From contig CAWKCK010000003.1 of NCBI GenBank assembly GCA_963848135.1, positions 62,001 to 126,000 of the forward strand: 64,000 bases of DNA, given 5' to 3'. This document shows positions 30,574 through 41,415 of this stretch, piece by piece (position 1 is the stretch's first letter; every line of letters starts with the position of its first letter). Both the position numbers and the translations under genes were made by a program. This stretch comes from an uncultured delta proteobacterium. GTDB lineage: Bacteria > Desulfobacterota > Desulfobacteria > Desulfobacterales > SG8-13. The notes under the pieces are model-generated. The model saw nothing but the letters and a program-made list of their open reading frames with translations, had not been told where the DNA came from and made no database searches.

Positions 30574-32111
30574 ATGAAAATAAAACAATTAGCGACTATT
30601 GGTATTGCATTAGTGATAGCGGCAAGCCTGGCAGCACCAGCCTGGGCCGCACCACCTAAAATGAAAATGACCACCGATATTCCGGCAGCTTATACCGCCC
30701 CCGACAAGGTTGAAACCTCGATCGGGACGCTGGACTACTTCGATGGTGTGCCTACAGAGAAAAGCACCGAAACCATCTACGACTATCTTGACACCTCGCG
30801 GGCCGTGAACGTATTTCTCAACTCAATCCCCGCACTCTCCATCAATGCCTTGCGCGAAGGACAGGCTGCCATGGGCGCAGATGCAAGCAATAAGATCTGC
30901 ATCTGGGACAACCTGATGGACTCCAAGACCATCCTGCTGACCGGCAACACATCGACCATGTACGCAGTCGGCTTCCTTGACCTCTTCAAAGACGGCCCGA
31001 CCGTCATAGACCTTCCGCCGGGAATGCTCGGAATCCTCGACGACATGGCTTTCCGGTATATGGTCGACCTTGGCGTGGCGGGTCCCGATAAGGGCAAAGG
31101 CGGCAAGTACCTCGTTCTGCCTCCCGATTATAAAGGCGACGTCCCCAAGGGCTACTTCATCGTGCAGTCAAAGACCAGTGGTGTGTGGGTCTTCATGCGC
31201 GGGTATCTCGATAAGAAGCTACCCATCGAGAAAGCAGTCCCGGCCGCGTCGAAAAACATCCGGAACACGCTGAAAGTCTACCCGCTGGCAACCAAAGACA
31301 ACCCGCCGGCGATGGAGTTCATCAACGTGTCCGGCAAGGACATGCATATGATCGTCCCCAATGACTACAGTGCGTTTGAAAAAATGCATGCACTGATTCA
31401 GACCGAGCCGGATGACTATCTGGGCAAGGAAGCAAAAGGGATGATGGCCGCCATCGGCATCGAAAAGGGCAAGCCCTTCAATCCGGATGCCCGCATGAAG
31501 AAAATCCTGACCGACGCTGCGGCTATCGGAAACGGCGCCGCCCGCGCCATCAGCTACTTCCCGCGCGATCCCGGTAACTTGACCTTCAAGGACAGCAAAG
31601 CCTGGGTCACCGCCTACGCCGACAAGGACACCACCTTCACGCGCAACGGCGCCTATCGCCTCGACCCACGCATCCTCTTCCACTTCGGCTACATCTGCGT
31701 CTCTCCGCCATGGCCATGACCGTTGCCGGCAAAGGATCGGACTACTCCATGGGAATGCTCGATTCAGAAGGCAAGGTTCTGGATGGTTCCAAGACGTACC
31801 GGCTCCGGATTCCGCCGAACCCGCCAGCAAAAGATTTCTGGGCTATCACCATGTACGACACCCAGACCCGTTCGCAACTGCAGACCGACCAGCAGTTCCC
31901 CACCAAGGGCAGTCAGGATAAAGGAATCAAGACCAACGCAGACGGATCGATGGACATCTACTTCGCCCCCGAAGCGCCTGAGGGCAAAGAGGGCAACTGG
32001 CTGCAGACGATTCCCGGCAAGAGCTGGTTCATCGCTCTGCGTATCTACGGCCCCGAACAACCCTGGATCGACCAGACCTGGCGCCCGGGTGAGATCGAGT
32101 TGGTAGAGTAA
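30574..32111 (+). CDS. DUF1254/DUF1214 periplasmic protein, copy 4 (frameshift ~31707)
   Basis: LTGNTSTMY, GPDKGKGGKYLVLPP; VSP/AMAMT junction to ORF 31710..32111 (DFWAITMYDTQTRS). Confidence 0.88.
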
Positions 32112-32116
32112 AGATA

Positions 32117-32219
32117 AGTGTTCTGGTGTCAGTGTTCTGGTGTCAGGAAAAAAATAGGTGTCAGTGTTCAGGTGTCAGACCTTTTTTCCTGAAACCTGAC
32201 ACCCGACACCTGAAACCTG
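32117..32219. repeat. heptamer inverted-repeat element (GGTGTCA/GTGTTCA)n ... (TGAAACC/TGACACC)n
   Basis: GGTGTCAGTGTTCAGGTGTCAG ... CTGAAACCTGACACCCGACACCTGAAACCTG. Confidence 0.88.
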
Positions 32220-32242
32220 TAATCCTTAAAAGGGGGCCTAAA

Positions 32243-33731
32243 ATGAAATTAAAGCGCACGTTTCCAGTTACCCTGGCCTTGTTGCTGGCGATTTGCCTGG
32301 CCATCACGGTCAGTGCCGGTGACATGCCCACCGAACCGATCGGGGGAAAGCCTCCGGAGGATACGAAGGCGTCGTTCACCAACTTCGACACCTTCAAGGA
32401 TCAGGTGCTGTATCAGCGCGCCTTCGAGGCCGTTCTCTGGTCGGTGCCGATGGTCAACAAGCTGGGCCTGCGGCGCGGCACGCTTGCGATCGGTGGTGGC
32501 GACAACGTCGTTCTCGCTTGGTCGGCAGGTGTGAAGCCTTATTTCGAGGCCTTGACCCCGAATAACGTCTCGCCCTATGTTAACTGCATGATGGACCTCA
32601 GCAAGGGTCCGGTCGTGGTCGAGGTGCCCCCCGCGAATGACAAGGCCGGCAATGTTCGGGCAGATCGCGGATCACTGGTATCAGACCTTCGTGGACATTG
32701 GCCCGATCGGCATCGACAAGGGCAAAGGTGCCAAGCTGGCCCTCACTCCGCCCGGTTGCAGGAGAAATTCCCGACGGGCTTCACCGAAATCAAGAGCGCC
32801 GAGTTTCCGGCATCGATTTCGCCTTCCGCAATGTGCCGTCTCCCGCCGGGAACGCAGAAGGATGCTCGACGAGCTCTGGCCAACAAGGTTGCCAATCTAC
32901 AACCTGTCGGAACTTCCAAAACCAGCGCCGACCAAGTTCATCGACCCGCTGAACATGCGTTGGCCGACTCTGGCGCGCTATGACGAGCGTTGGTTCGAGG
33001 ATTTCCACGACGTCATCAGTGTCGAGAACTCCATGCCGCGGGACAAGACGATGATGGGCATGCTCAAGACCATCGGGATCGAGAAGGGCAAACCCTACAA
33101 GCCCGACGACAAAACCAAAGCGATCTACCGCAAGGCGGTGGTCGATGCCTATCACTACATGCAGGCGACATTCGAGGAGGAAATGCCGGGAGAAGGGTGG
33201 TGGGACCGACCGCAAGTGGCGCAACATCTTTTTCCACGACGCCAACATGGGGTTCAACTGGGAGAACGGACGCCTATGGTCGACTACGACATGCGGGCGG
33301 TTCGGCCCTGGTTCACGGCGATCTACTTCCCGGCGCAAGGTCGCGAAGCAGCCTGCGACGATATACATTGCCACGATGCACGATGCGATGGCGACCTGAT
33401 GGAAGCCGGCAAAACTTACTCGCTGACCGTGCCCAAGGAGGTCCCGGTCAAGCAGTTCTGGTCATTGACCATCTATGACCGCGACACCTGGGCGTTCATC
33501 TATTCGCCGCAGGAGCTTCCGGGCCTGTCTTCGCGCGATATTGGCAAGATGACGAAGAACGCGGACGGCGGGGTGACACTCTACTTCGGTCCCAAGGCGC
33601 CCAAAGGGCTGGAGGCGAACTGGATCCCGACCTCCGGAAAAAAGCCCTATGCGATGTTCCGCTTCTACGGTCCCGAGGAGGCCTTCTACAACAAGACCTT
33701 CAAGCTGGCGGATGTGGAACTGGTCGAATAA
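32243..33731 (+). CDS. DUF1254/DUF1214 periplasmic protein, copy 5 (multiple frameshifts ~32650-33390)
   Basis: MKLKRTF signal peptide; LTPNNVSPY..DLSKGPVVVEVPP; IGIEKGKPYKP; QFWSLTIYD; NWIPTSGKKP..FRFYGP. Confidence 0.82.
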
Positions 33732-33742
33732 AGCGAAAAAGA

Positions 33743-33873
33743 ATGGAGTGATGGAGTAATAAGGATAAAGAAATGGAGCGGTGGAGTGATGGAGTAATGT
33801 GAAAAAAGAAGACATGGAGCGCTCAGTATTGGTCGTTGTTACCCATACTCCAACATTCCAATACTCCAGTACC
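33743..33873. repeat. empty TGGAGT/ACTCCA inverted-repeat element sharing its core with 28817-28888
   Basis: TGGAGTAATGTGAAAAAAGAAGACATGG..TATTGGTCGTT..ACCCATACTCCAACA is nearly identical to the 28.8 kb copy. Confidence 0.88.
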
Positions 33874-33900
33874 CTAAACCTTTAGAGGAGGTACACTCAC

Positions 33901-34710
33901 ATGAATAAGACTAGTCCCAAATCAGTGAAGATGTTTATACGCTGGCTGTCCGCCGTGACGCTATCCTTGATACTTCTATTGGGAACGTCCACGGGGGCCA
34001 AGGCCGCTGAGGCGGATGCCAAGCGCATACTAAAGGCCATGTCCGATTACATGGCGGCAGAGACGTCCATCTCGTTTGGATTCGATGCCACCCTCGAGGT
34101 CGTCACCACCGACGAACAGAAACTGGCCTTGGCGAGTTCAGGCACCCTCGTGCTCAAGCGGCCCGACAAGATCCGGGTCACCCGCGCCGGCGGGTTTGCG
34201 GATGTCGAGATGTCCTTTGACGGGAAGACGCTGACGCTGCTGGGCAAGAACCTCAATCTCTACACGCAACTTGATGTGCCGGGCACGATCGATCACCTGG
34301 TCGACGAATTAAAGGATACCTATCAGCGGCCGCTGCCGGCGGCAGACCTGCTGTTGTCGAATGCCTACGATGAACTGATGCGCGATGTCGTTGACGTCAA
34401 AGACCTTGGCAGCGGTGTGGTCGGCGGCATTGAATGCGATTACCTGGCTTTTCGAACCAAGGAGGTTGACTGGCAGATCTGGATTGCTCAGGGAAAGCGC
34501 CCGTATCCGTGCCGATATGTCATCACCTCCAAGCACCTTGACAGCATGCCGCAATACACCATCCAGATCAGGGATTGGAAGACTGGCGGCGAGGTGGCGG
34601 CAACCGATTTTGGCTTCAAGAACCCAACCCAGGCCGCTAAGGTCGAGCTGAAGGATCTCAAGGGTGCCAATGATTTACCGGACCATTTCATGCAAGGAGA
34701 CGCAAAATGA
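33901..34710 (+). CDS. DUF2092 periplasmic protein
   Basis: Signal peptide; ILKAMSDYM, RPDKIRV, FDGKTLTL, PLPAADLL, HLAF-like YLAFR..VDWQIWI. Confidence 0.88.
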   Translation: MNKTSPKSVKMFIRWLSAVTLSLILLLGTSTGAKAAEADAKRILKAMSDYMAAETSISFGFDATLEVVTTDEQKLALASSGTLVLKRPDKIRVTRAGGFADVEMSFDGKTLTLLGKNLNLYTQLDVPGTIDHLVDELKDTYQRPLPAADLLLSNAYDELMRDVVDVKDLGSGVVGGIECDYLAFRTKEVDWQIWIAQGKRPYPCRYVITSKHLDSMPQYTIQIRDWKTGGEVAATDFGFKNPTQAAKVELKDLKGANDLPDHFMQGDAK

Positions 34711-34991
34711 AGATCTTTAAAATATTAGGAATCATTGTGATTGCCGGGATCGTGATGACTTTCGGATCCGAGATTGGAGAGCGGTTTTCCATTCCGGAGG
34801 CGCAGCGTCTGGTGCCGACGGCCGAAGCCAGAGTCGGGCGTCCGCTGACTCCGGTGAGCGTTGCCGGGGTGGCACGGCGCACAGTGCGGCGTTGCGCGGT
34901 GGGCGTGTACAACTGCAGTCTTCCCGGACCCAGGTCTGTGGACAGCCTGTTGGGGCAGACGAGCCTTGAGCCGATTCGCTTTCCCGGTTAA
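34707..34991 (+). CDS. small exported hypothetical protein (AEARVGRPLTPVSVAGVARRT family)
   Basis: RBS AAGGAG; 4-bp overlap with the DUF2092 stop; hydrophobic N-terminus. Confidence 0.7.
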   Translation: MKIFKILGIIVIAGIVMTFGSEIGERFSIPEAQRLVPTAEARVGRPLTPVSVAGVARRTVRRCAVGVYNCSLPGPRSVDSLLGQTSLEPIRFPG

Positions 34992-35134
34992 AAAATCAGG
35001 AGTTCAAAAAAATGGAGAAAGAATAAAATCGTTATCTGGAATGGGATTTGAACGACAACCCCGTATTTGACGACCTGAGCTTCAGCGGGCCGTATGGTGG
35101 GGTCAAGTTCTACTTTAATTAGGAGAAAGACCTT

Positions 35135-35788
35135 ATGTTAACTGCAAACGAACCGCTGAGCGCCAGTATCCTGGCGATCATGTATGTCGGCGATGTGGTG
35201 TTTGCCGTCAGCGGGGCCTTGAATGCGGCGCGGCACCGCATGGATGTTCTGGGTTTCGTACTGATTGGCACCATTACCGGCATCGGGGGCGGCACCACCC
35301 GCGACCTGTTGATGGGCCGCACGGTCTGGTGGACCCAGGATCCTTTCGAACTGCTGTTGTGCGTGGGAGCAGCGCTGCTGACCTTTTTTTTCATCAAAAC
35401 GGACATCTCCACGCAGAAATGGATGATCTGGTCCGATGCCGTCGGACTGGCCTGTTTCGGGGTCGTGGGCTGCCATGTGGCGCTGGCGTTCGGGGTCTCC
35501 TTCGTTGTGGCCGTATTTCTGGGCATGGTGACGGCAACCGGCGGCGGCGTGATTCGGGACACAATGACCCAGACCCGACCGATGATCCTTTGTGGCGAGG
35601 TGTATGCCACGGCTGCCCTGGTCGGCTCACTGGGGTATGCCGTCCTGGCTCAATTCACGCTGCCCGAAGGCGTTGCCGAGCTGTTGGCTTTCCTGGCGGC
35701 CTTTGCACTCCGGGCGGCGGCTATCCTTTTCAATATTCGCATGGGACCGCCCGGTGAATTCATTCGAATCGGTGGGCGCAAAGGCTGA
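35135..35788 (+). CDS. trimeric intracellular cation channel (TRIC/UPF0126) family membrane protein
   Basis: FAVSGAL, MDVLG, TGIGGGTTRDLL, DAVGL, TATGGGVIRD, GEVYATAA. Confidence 0.92.
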   Translation: MLTANEPLSASILAIMYVGDVVFAVSGALNAARHRMDVLGFVLIGTITGIGGGTTRDLLMGRTVWWTQDPFELLLCVGAALLTFFFIKTDISTQKWMIWSDAVGLACFGVVGCHVALAFGVSFVVAVFLGMVTATGGGVIRDTMTQTRPMILCGEVYATAALVGSLGYAVLAQFTLPEGVAELLAFLAAFALRAAAILFNIRMGPPGEFIRIGGRKG

Positions 35789-35793
35789 AAAAA

Positions 35794-35875
35794 ATGGAGT
35801 GTTGGGTGGTAAAGAATCGGGTACCGGAGGAATGCATTGCTATCTTACCCAATACTCCAGCACTCCATTCCTCCA
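35794..35875. repeat. degenerate TGGAGT/ACTCCA inverted-repeat element
   Basis: ATGGAGTGTTGGGT..ACCCAATACTCCAGCACTCCATTCCTCCA. Confidence 0.75.
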
Positions 35876-35919
35876 GCGGCGTATAACCCAGCACCAAATA
35901 ACATAAAAGGAGATCAATT

Positions 35920-37432
35920 ATGACAAATCAAAAAGAATTATACGACATCGTCATCATCAACGGCCGGGTCATCGATCCGGAAACCGGACTCGATGCGGTG
36001 CGCAACGTCGGCATCAAGGGCGGGAAGATCGCCGCGGTCACCGAGGATCCGATCCAGGGCAAGGAGACCATCGACGCCAAAGGGCACGTGGTCTGCCCCG
36101 GGTTCATCGACATGCACCAGCACAACACCGGCTATGCGTTCGGCCAGAAGCTGGCGCTGCGCGACGGGGTGACGACACCCATGGAGCTCGAGCTGGGCAT
36201 CTATCCGGTCAAACCCTGGTACGAGGCCATGGCAGGCAAGTCGCGGACCAACTACGGGGCCTCCGTCGGTTCGATCCCGATTCGGGAGACCATCTTCAAC
36301 CCGGACCTCGATGAGCAGTACCACGGCTATTTCATTCTGGATGTGCTCCATCCCGAAAAAACGAAGACGACGATGAAGTGGTCCAAGGAGCATGCGACCA
36401 GCGAACAGATCGTGCAGTTCGAGCGCATGATGGAGGAAGGGCTGCAGCAGGGATCGGTCGGTGTCGGCCACGCCGCCGGCTACATGGTGGACGGCTGCTC
36501 CCAGCAGGAAGCCATGATCGTCCAGAAGATGGCCGGCAAGTACGGCCAGTCGTCCTTTGTCCACGCCCGCTTCTCCAGCCAGATGCCGCCCACGAGCGGC
36601 CTGCTCGCCTTCTTCGAGATGATGGCGCCGCAGGAGGTCTACGGTGGAGGCATCGTCTTCCAGCACGCGTCGGCTCAGGCATTGCGAGACACGATCCCCG
36701 CGCTGGAGCTTTTCGACGCTGCCCGCGAAAAGGGGATCCAGGTGATCGGCGAGATCTACCCCTATGACTATGGCGCGAGCATCGTCGGCGCGGACTATCT
36801 GGTCCCGGATAACTACGGTCCCAACATGGGCCGGGACTACAAGGACATCATCGAGATCTCCAACCTCGAGCCACTCACCAAGGAGCGCTACGACGAAATC
36901 ATGAAGACGGCCCCCCTGACGCCGGCCATGTTCTACAACGCCCAGGAAGAAGACGTCGTCAAAGGGCTGGCACATCCCTCCTCTGTCGTCGGCAGCGATG
37001 CCTTCGCCTATACCGATCGCAAGACCGGGCGAGATTGCCCTCGACTGGGACACGCCATTCGACTCGGTCAATGGCCACCCGCGGGGCGCCGGCACGCATG
37101 CGCGAATTCTCTCCTGGACACGGGAGAAGAAGCTCGACATCCCGCTTTCGCTCGCCGTCTCGAAGATGACCTACATGATCGCGAAGTATCTCGAGGACAA
37201 CGGTGTCCCGCAGATGGCGGACAAGGGCCGCATCCAGGAAGGCAAGGACGCGGACATCACGATCTTCGATCCCGAGACGGTCCAGGACAAGGCCACGATG
37301 CAGGATGGCGGGCTTCCGTCGAGCGGTATCCCGTACGTGCTCGTCAACGGCACCGTGATGGTGCGAAACTCCGAGACGGTGAACGACGTCTTCCCCGGCA
37401 AGCCGATTCACGGCACCGGCAAGATCGGATGA
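35920..37432 (+). CDS. D-aminoacylase-like amidohydrolase, copy 1 (frameshift ~37028)
   Basis: IINGRVIDPETG, CPGFIDMHQH, VGSDA; C-terminus in ORF 36998..37432 (GHPRGAGT, KGRIQEGKDADITIFDP, VLVNG). Confidence 0.88.
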
Positions 37433-37443
37433 TGGGAGTGACC

Positions 37444-38514
37444 ATGAAGCAGGAAGGCACAGTGGCAGCAGATGGCCCGAACCGATCGAAGATCCCGGTC
37501 ACCCTGATCGGTGGCTTCCTCGGCGCCGGCAAGACGACGTTGCTGAATCACATCCTGAGCGGGGACCACGGTATTCGGGCTGCGGTGCTGGTGAATGATT
37601 TCGGCGCGATCAACATCGACGCCAAGCTCATCGTCGGGGTCGAGGGCGATACGGTCAACCTCGCCAACGGCTGCGTCTGCTGCACCATCCGCGATGACCT
37701 GATCGGGGCCTGCCTCGGGCTGCTGCAGCGGCCCGAGCGGCCCGAGCACCTGTTCGTCGAGATGAGCGGCGTGTCGGACCCCGTGCCCGTTCTGAACACC
37801 TTTCTGGAAACGCAGCTTGCGTTGGTTTTCGCCTTGAACAGCATCCTGTCGGTGGTCGATGCGGAGCAACTGCCGAGGCTGGAGGGCGACATGGCACACC
37901 TGGCCCGGTCGCAGCTGGGGGCAGCCGACATTGTCGTGCTGAACAAGGTGGATCTAGTCAGCACGGACGAGCTCAACCACGTAAAGAACCTGGTGCAGAT
38001 GGTGACGCCGGGATCACGGATCATCGAAGTCGTGCGGGGGCAGATGCCGCTGGAGCTGGTCTTTGCCGGCGGCAGTGACGCGCCTCCTCCGTGGCGTCGT
38101 GAAGACGCCCGCAAGCGTGAGGCGCATGCGCACGACGAGGCGCATTCCCATGACCATGTGTTCGCCACATGGAACTGGACGAGTGACCGCGCCCTGTCGC
38201 TGCCCAAGCTGCGTTCGACATTGGAGCAATTGCCCGAAACGGTTTACCGCTGCAAGGGCGTCGTCCAGATCGAGGAACTGCCCCGGTATCGCTACGTGCT
38301 GCAGATGGTGGGCAGGCGCTATCACCTGGAGGAATCCGGCTTCTGGGGAACGGCGATGCCCCGATCCGAAATCGTCCTCATCGGGGGCCGGGCCGGCATC
38401 GACCCAGACAAACTGCATTCCGCCTTCGATGCATGCATCGGGACCGGGGACGAATCGCAATCGCCGGTCCTCCGTCTGACCCGCCTGCTCGCAGCGGATA
38501 CGCCCCGAGATTGA
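37444..38514 (+). CDS. COG0523/CobW-family metallochaperone GTPase, copy 1
   Basis: IPVTLIGGFLGAGKTT, VNDFG, ANGCVCC, NKVD, His-rich HAHDEAHSHDH, CobW_C RCKG. Confidence 0.9.
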   Translation: MKQEGTVAADGPNRSKIPVTLIGGFLGAGKTTLLNHILSGDHGIRAAVLVNDFGAINIDAKLIVGVEGDTVNLANGCVCCTIRDDLIGACLGLLQRPERPEHLFVEMSGVSDPVPVLNTFLETQLALVFALNSILSVVDAEQLPRLEGDMAHLARSQLGAADIVVLNKVDLVSTDELNHVKNLVQMVTPGSRIIEVVRGQMPLELVFAGGSDAPPPWRREDARKREAHAHDEAHSHDHVFATWNWTSDRALSLPKLRSTLEQLPETVYRCKGVVQIEELPRYRYVLQMVGRRYHLEESGFWGTAMPRSEIVLIGGRAGIDPDKLHSAFDACIGTGDESQSPVLRLTRLLAADTPRD

Positions 38515-38524
38515 CGATAAGTAG

Positions 38525-38580
38525 TATTTGCGAGATGTGGCTCCGGTTGCCGGAACCAATCACATGGAAAATACGATGAG
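38525..38580 (+). pseudogene. C-terminal remnant of a C45 hydrolase
   Basis: YLRDVAPVAGTNHMENTMS matches YLRDVAPVPGTNHMEDKMS at 42579-42635. Confidence 0.75.
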
Positions 38581-38641
38581 CAAACGAGTAACTAAAGGAT
38601 TACCACCAACAATAACTTTTATAGAAAAAGGAGAATCAACA

Positions 38642-40165
38642 ATGACAGATCAAAGCAAGCAATACGACGTGGTACTCGCCAATGGACGTGTCATCGACCC
38701 CGAGACCTATCTCGATGGAACCTTTAACGTCGGAATTAGTGGTGGACAGATTGCAGCAGTTTCCGATCAGCCCCTGAAGGGGAAGGAGGTCATCGACGTC
38801 ACCGGCATGATCGTCTCGCCCGGCTTCATCGATATCCATTCTCACGCCGTGAATGTCGCCAGCAACCGAATCCAGGCCTTCGACGGCGTCACCAGCGCCC
38901 TGGAACTGGAAGGCGGCATCCTTCCCATCGGGGAGTTCTACGATAACTGCGCGAAAGAAGGTCGGCCGATCAACTACGGCGCCTCCGCCGGCTGGGCCTC
39001 GGCCCGGCTGGTCACGATCAATCCGGACCAGGCCGTGAATGGCAAGCCCGAGGCCAATGCCATTCCGTATGTCTTCAACAGATTCTACATCAAGGAATTT
39101 ACCCAGAATGTCGCCACCGAGGCTCAGGTGGACAAGATCATCGAATGGACCGAGCAGGGGCTCAAGGAAGGGGGGATCGGCATCGGTGTGCTGCATGCCT
39201 ACCTGCCGGGCGCGGGTTCCAAAGAACTCATGCGCGTGTGGGAATTGGCTGCAAAGTACAATGTTCCCACCTATACCCATATCCAGAACGTCTCGATGCT
39301 GGATCCCAAGAGTGGCGTTGCGAGTATGCTGCAACTAGCTGGCCTCGCCGCAGCGACCGGGGCTCACACCCACGTATGCCATATGAACAGTGTTGGACTT
39401 CGGGATATCGATAAGTTCGTTGCTGTCGTGCGAAATGCACAGAAACAGGGCGTTAAGATGACGACCGAGGCCTACACCTACGGTGCAGGAAACTCGGCGA
39501 TTGCCGCTGCGGAATTCAATCCGGATGACGTCGAAATGAGGATGGGAGTCCACTTCAACGACTTCACCCTGGTGAAGACGAATACGGCCTTCAAGAACAA
39601 AGAGGAGTTTGTGAAGGATATGAAGGCCAGTCCCGGAGACGCCGTCATCATCCACTTCCTGGATGAAGACAATAACCCCCATGACGCCAGTCTGCTGGAT
39701 ATGTCGGTGCTTTATCCGGGCGGGGCCGTCGTCACCGATGCGATCCCCTTCACCGACGAGAAAGGGACATGGTTCTTGGGCGATGAATGGCCCCTCCCCA
39801 AGGGACTGCAGAGCCACCCTCGCGCTGCAGGGAATTACTGCCACTTCCTGAGGAGATGGGTCCGGGAGCGGGAGGTTTTGAGCTGGATGGATGCCATCAG
39901 GAAATGCTCCTTGATCCCCGCCCAGATCATCGAAGATGCCGCACCGATGACGAAAAAGAAGGGGCGTCTTCAAGAAGGCTGTGATGCCGACATCATCGTC
40001 TTCGACCCGAAGACCGTTGCGGATAAGGCCACCTTCAAGGAGCCCTGTCAGCTGTCCGAAGGCATGAAGCACGTGATCGTCAACGGCACCTTCCTGATTC
40101 GTGACGAAGAACTGGATACCAAGGCTATGCCGGGACAGCCGGTACGTGGTCCGATCCGGAAGTAG
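38642..40165 (+). CDS. D-aminoacylase-like amidohydrolase, copy 2
   Basis: LANGRVIDPET, SPGFIDIHSH, SHPRAAGNY, KKGRLQEGCDADIIVFDP, HVIVNG; ATG at 38642 after AAGGAG. Confidence 0.92.
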   Translation: MTDQSKQYDVVLANGRVIDPETYLDGTFNVGISGGQIAAVSDQPLKGKEVIDVTGMIVSPGFIDIHSHAVNVASNRIQAFDGVTSALELEGGILPIGEFYDNCAKEGRPINYGASAGWASARLVTINPDQAVNGKPEANAIPYVFNRFYIKEFTQNVATEAQVDKIIEWTEQGLKEGGIGIGVLHAYLPGAGSKELMRVWELAAKYNVPTYTHIQNVSMLDPKSGVASMLQLAGLAAATGAHTHVCHMNSVGLRDIDKFVAVVRNAQKQGVKMTTEAYTYGAGNSAIAAAEFNPDDVEMRMGVHFNDFTLVKTNTAFKNKEEFVKDMKASPGDAVIIHFLDEDNNPHDASLLDMSVLYPGGAVVTDAIPFTDEKGTWFLGDEWPLPKGLQSHPRAAGNYCHFLRRWVREREVLSWMDAIRKCSLIPAQIIEDAAPMTKKKGRLQEGCDADIIVFDPKTVADKATFKEPCQLSEGMKHVIVNGTFLIRDEELDTKAMPGQPVRGPIRK

Positions 40166-40166
40166 A

Positions 40167-40259
40167 ATGTCCGAACCGCGGACAACCCTCGCACCGATCC
40201 CGGTCACCGTTGTGGCCGGGTTTCTCGGGGCGGGCAAGACCGCGGCGATCCATATATAG
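40167..40259 (+). pseudogene. N-terminal remnant of a COG0523 GTPase
   Basis: MSEPRTTLAPIPVTVVAGFLGAGKT, followed by a stop five codons later. Confidence 0.8.
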
Positions 40260-40309
40260 TACACGCCATGGTCATAAACGTGGGTGAGGTGATTGGCGTT
40301 TAAGGGCAG

Positions 40310-40344
40310 AATATCCAATAACCAACAAGGAATAACCAATGATC
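40310..40344 (+). repeat. heptamer repeat arm (AATAACC-type x5)
   Basis: AATATCC AATAACC AACAAGG AATAACC AATGATC. Confidence 0.7.
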
Positions 40345-41325
40345 AAGGAAAGCGCATACGACTTGCAAGGCCCTATCCCGATCACGGTAATAGCCGGGTT
40401 TTTAGGGGCGGGCAAAACCACCCTGGTCAACCACATCCTGAAAGGCGATCATGGTCTTCGTATTGCGGTGGTAGTCAATGATTTTGGCTCTATCAATATC
40501 GACGCCGAGCTGATCACCGATGTGGGCGAGGGCATGGTCAGCCTGGCCAACGGCTGCATCTGCTGCGTGATCCGCAGCGACTTGATCAGCGCGGTGTTGC
40601 AGCTGGCGGATCGTCCCGAACCTCCCGATCACATCGTCATCGAGTCGAGCGGCGTGGCCGATCCGGCCAGCGTGGTCAGGACGTTCATGGACCCGATGAT
40701 CTGGGGCACGGTCCTGCTCGATGGGGTGATCACCGTCGTCGATGCCGAATGGCTTCCCTCATGTAACGACGACGAAGTGGATCTGGCGCGGCAGATCGCC
40801 GGTAGCGACCTGGTCGTTCTGAACAAGACCGATCTGGTTGATCCCGCGGGTCTCGTGGCGTCTCGAGAACGAATCCTCAAGGCCAGACCAGGCGTCGCGA
40901 TCCTCGAGGCCGACCACTGTCGTCTGCCCATCGAGGTCCTCCTCGGAGTCCACAGCAATGACCCGGAAGGACCGGGTCCGGCGTCGTCTGACGGCCACCA
41001 CCACGATCACGGTCTCGCCTTCGAGACCTGGACCTACACGTCGCCAGAACCGCTCCGCCTGGGTCTGCTGCAGCAGCTGCTGCAGAACCTCCCGCCGACC
41101 TTGCTCCGTGCCAAAGGTTTCGTCTACGCAGCCGACAAACCGCACCAGCGCACCTTGCTCCAGCTCGTCGGCCGGCGAGCGACCCTGGCGGTGAAGGGTT
41201 CGTGGAACGGGCAGCCGCCGCAGACTCAGCTGGTCTTCATCGCCAGAAACGACAGCTGCAATTTTCATGCAATCGGGGCGGCCTTGGACTGCTGCCGCGC
41301 AGAGAGAGGGTGCTCAGGAGTTTGA
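40339..41325 (+). CDS. COG0523/CobW-family metallochaperone GTPase, copy 2
   Basis: GFLGAGKTT, VNDFG, ANGCICC, ESSGVADP, NKTD, HHHDH, LRAKG. Confidence 0.92.
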   Translation: MIKESAYDLQGPIPITVIAGFLGAGKTTLVNHILKGDHGLRIAVVVNDFGSINIDAELITDVGEGMVSLANGCICCVIRSDLISAVLQLADRPEPPDHIVIESSGVADPASVVRTFMDPMIWGTVLLDGVITVVDAEWLPSCNDDEVDLARQIAGSDLVVLNKTDLVDPAGLVASRERILKARPGVAILEADHCRLPIEVLLGVHSNDPEGPGPASSDGHHHDHGLAFETWTYTSPEPLRLGLLQQLLQNLPPTLLRAKGFVYAADKPHQRTLLQLVGRRATLAVKGSWNGQPPQTQLVFIARNDSCNFHAIGAALDCCRAERGCSGV

Positions 41326-41415
41326 TCCCAAGGCCATGCCTGGTCAAGCCGTTCGTGCACCAATTAGAAGTTAGAAACTGTTTTTTTATTAACCATTAAA
41401 TTTAAGGAGAAAACA

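Noticed and set aside
35920..38514. 864-aa amidohydrolase-CobW fusion
   Set aside because: Artefact of a +1 indel near 37028; the true amidohydrolase C-terminus is in ORF 36998..37432 and the linker is out-of-frame sequence.
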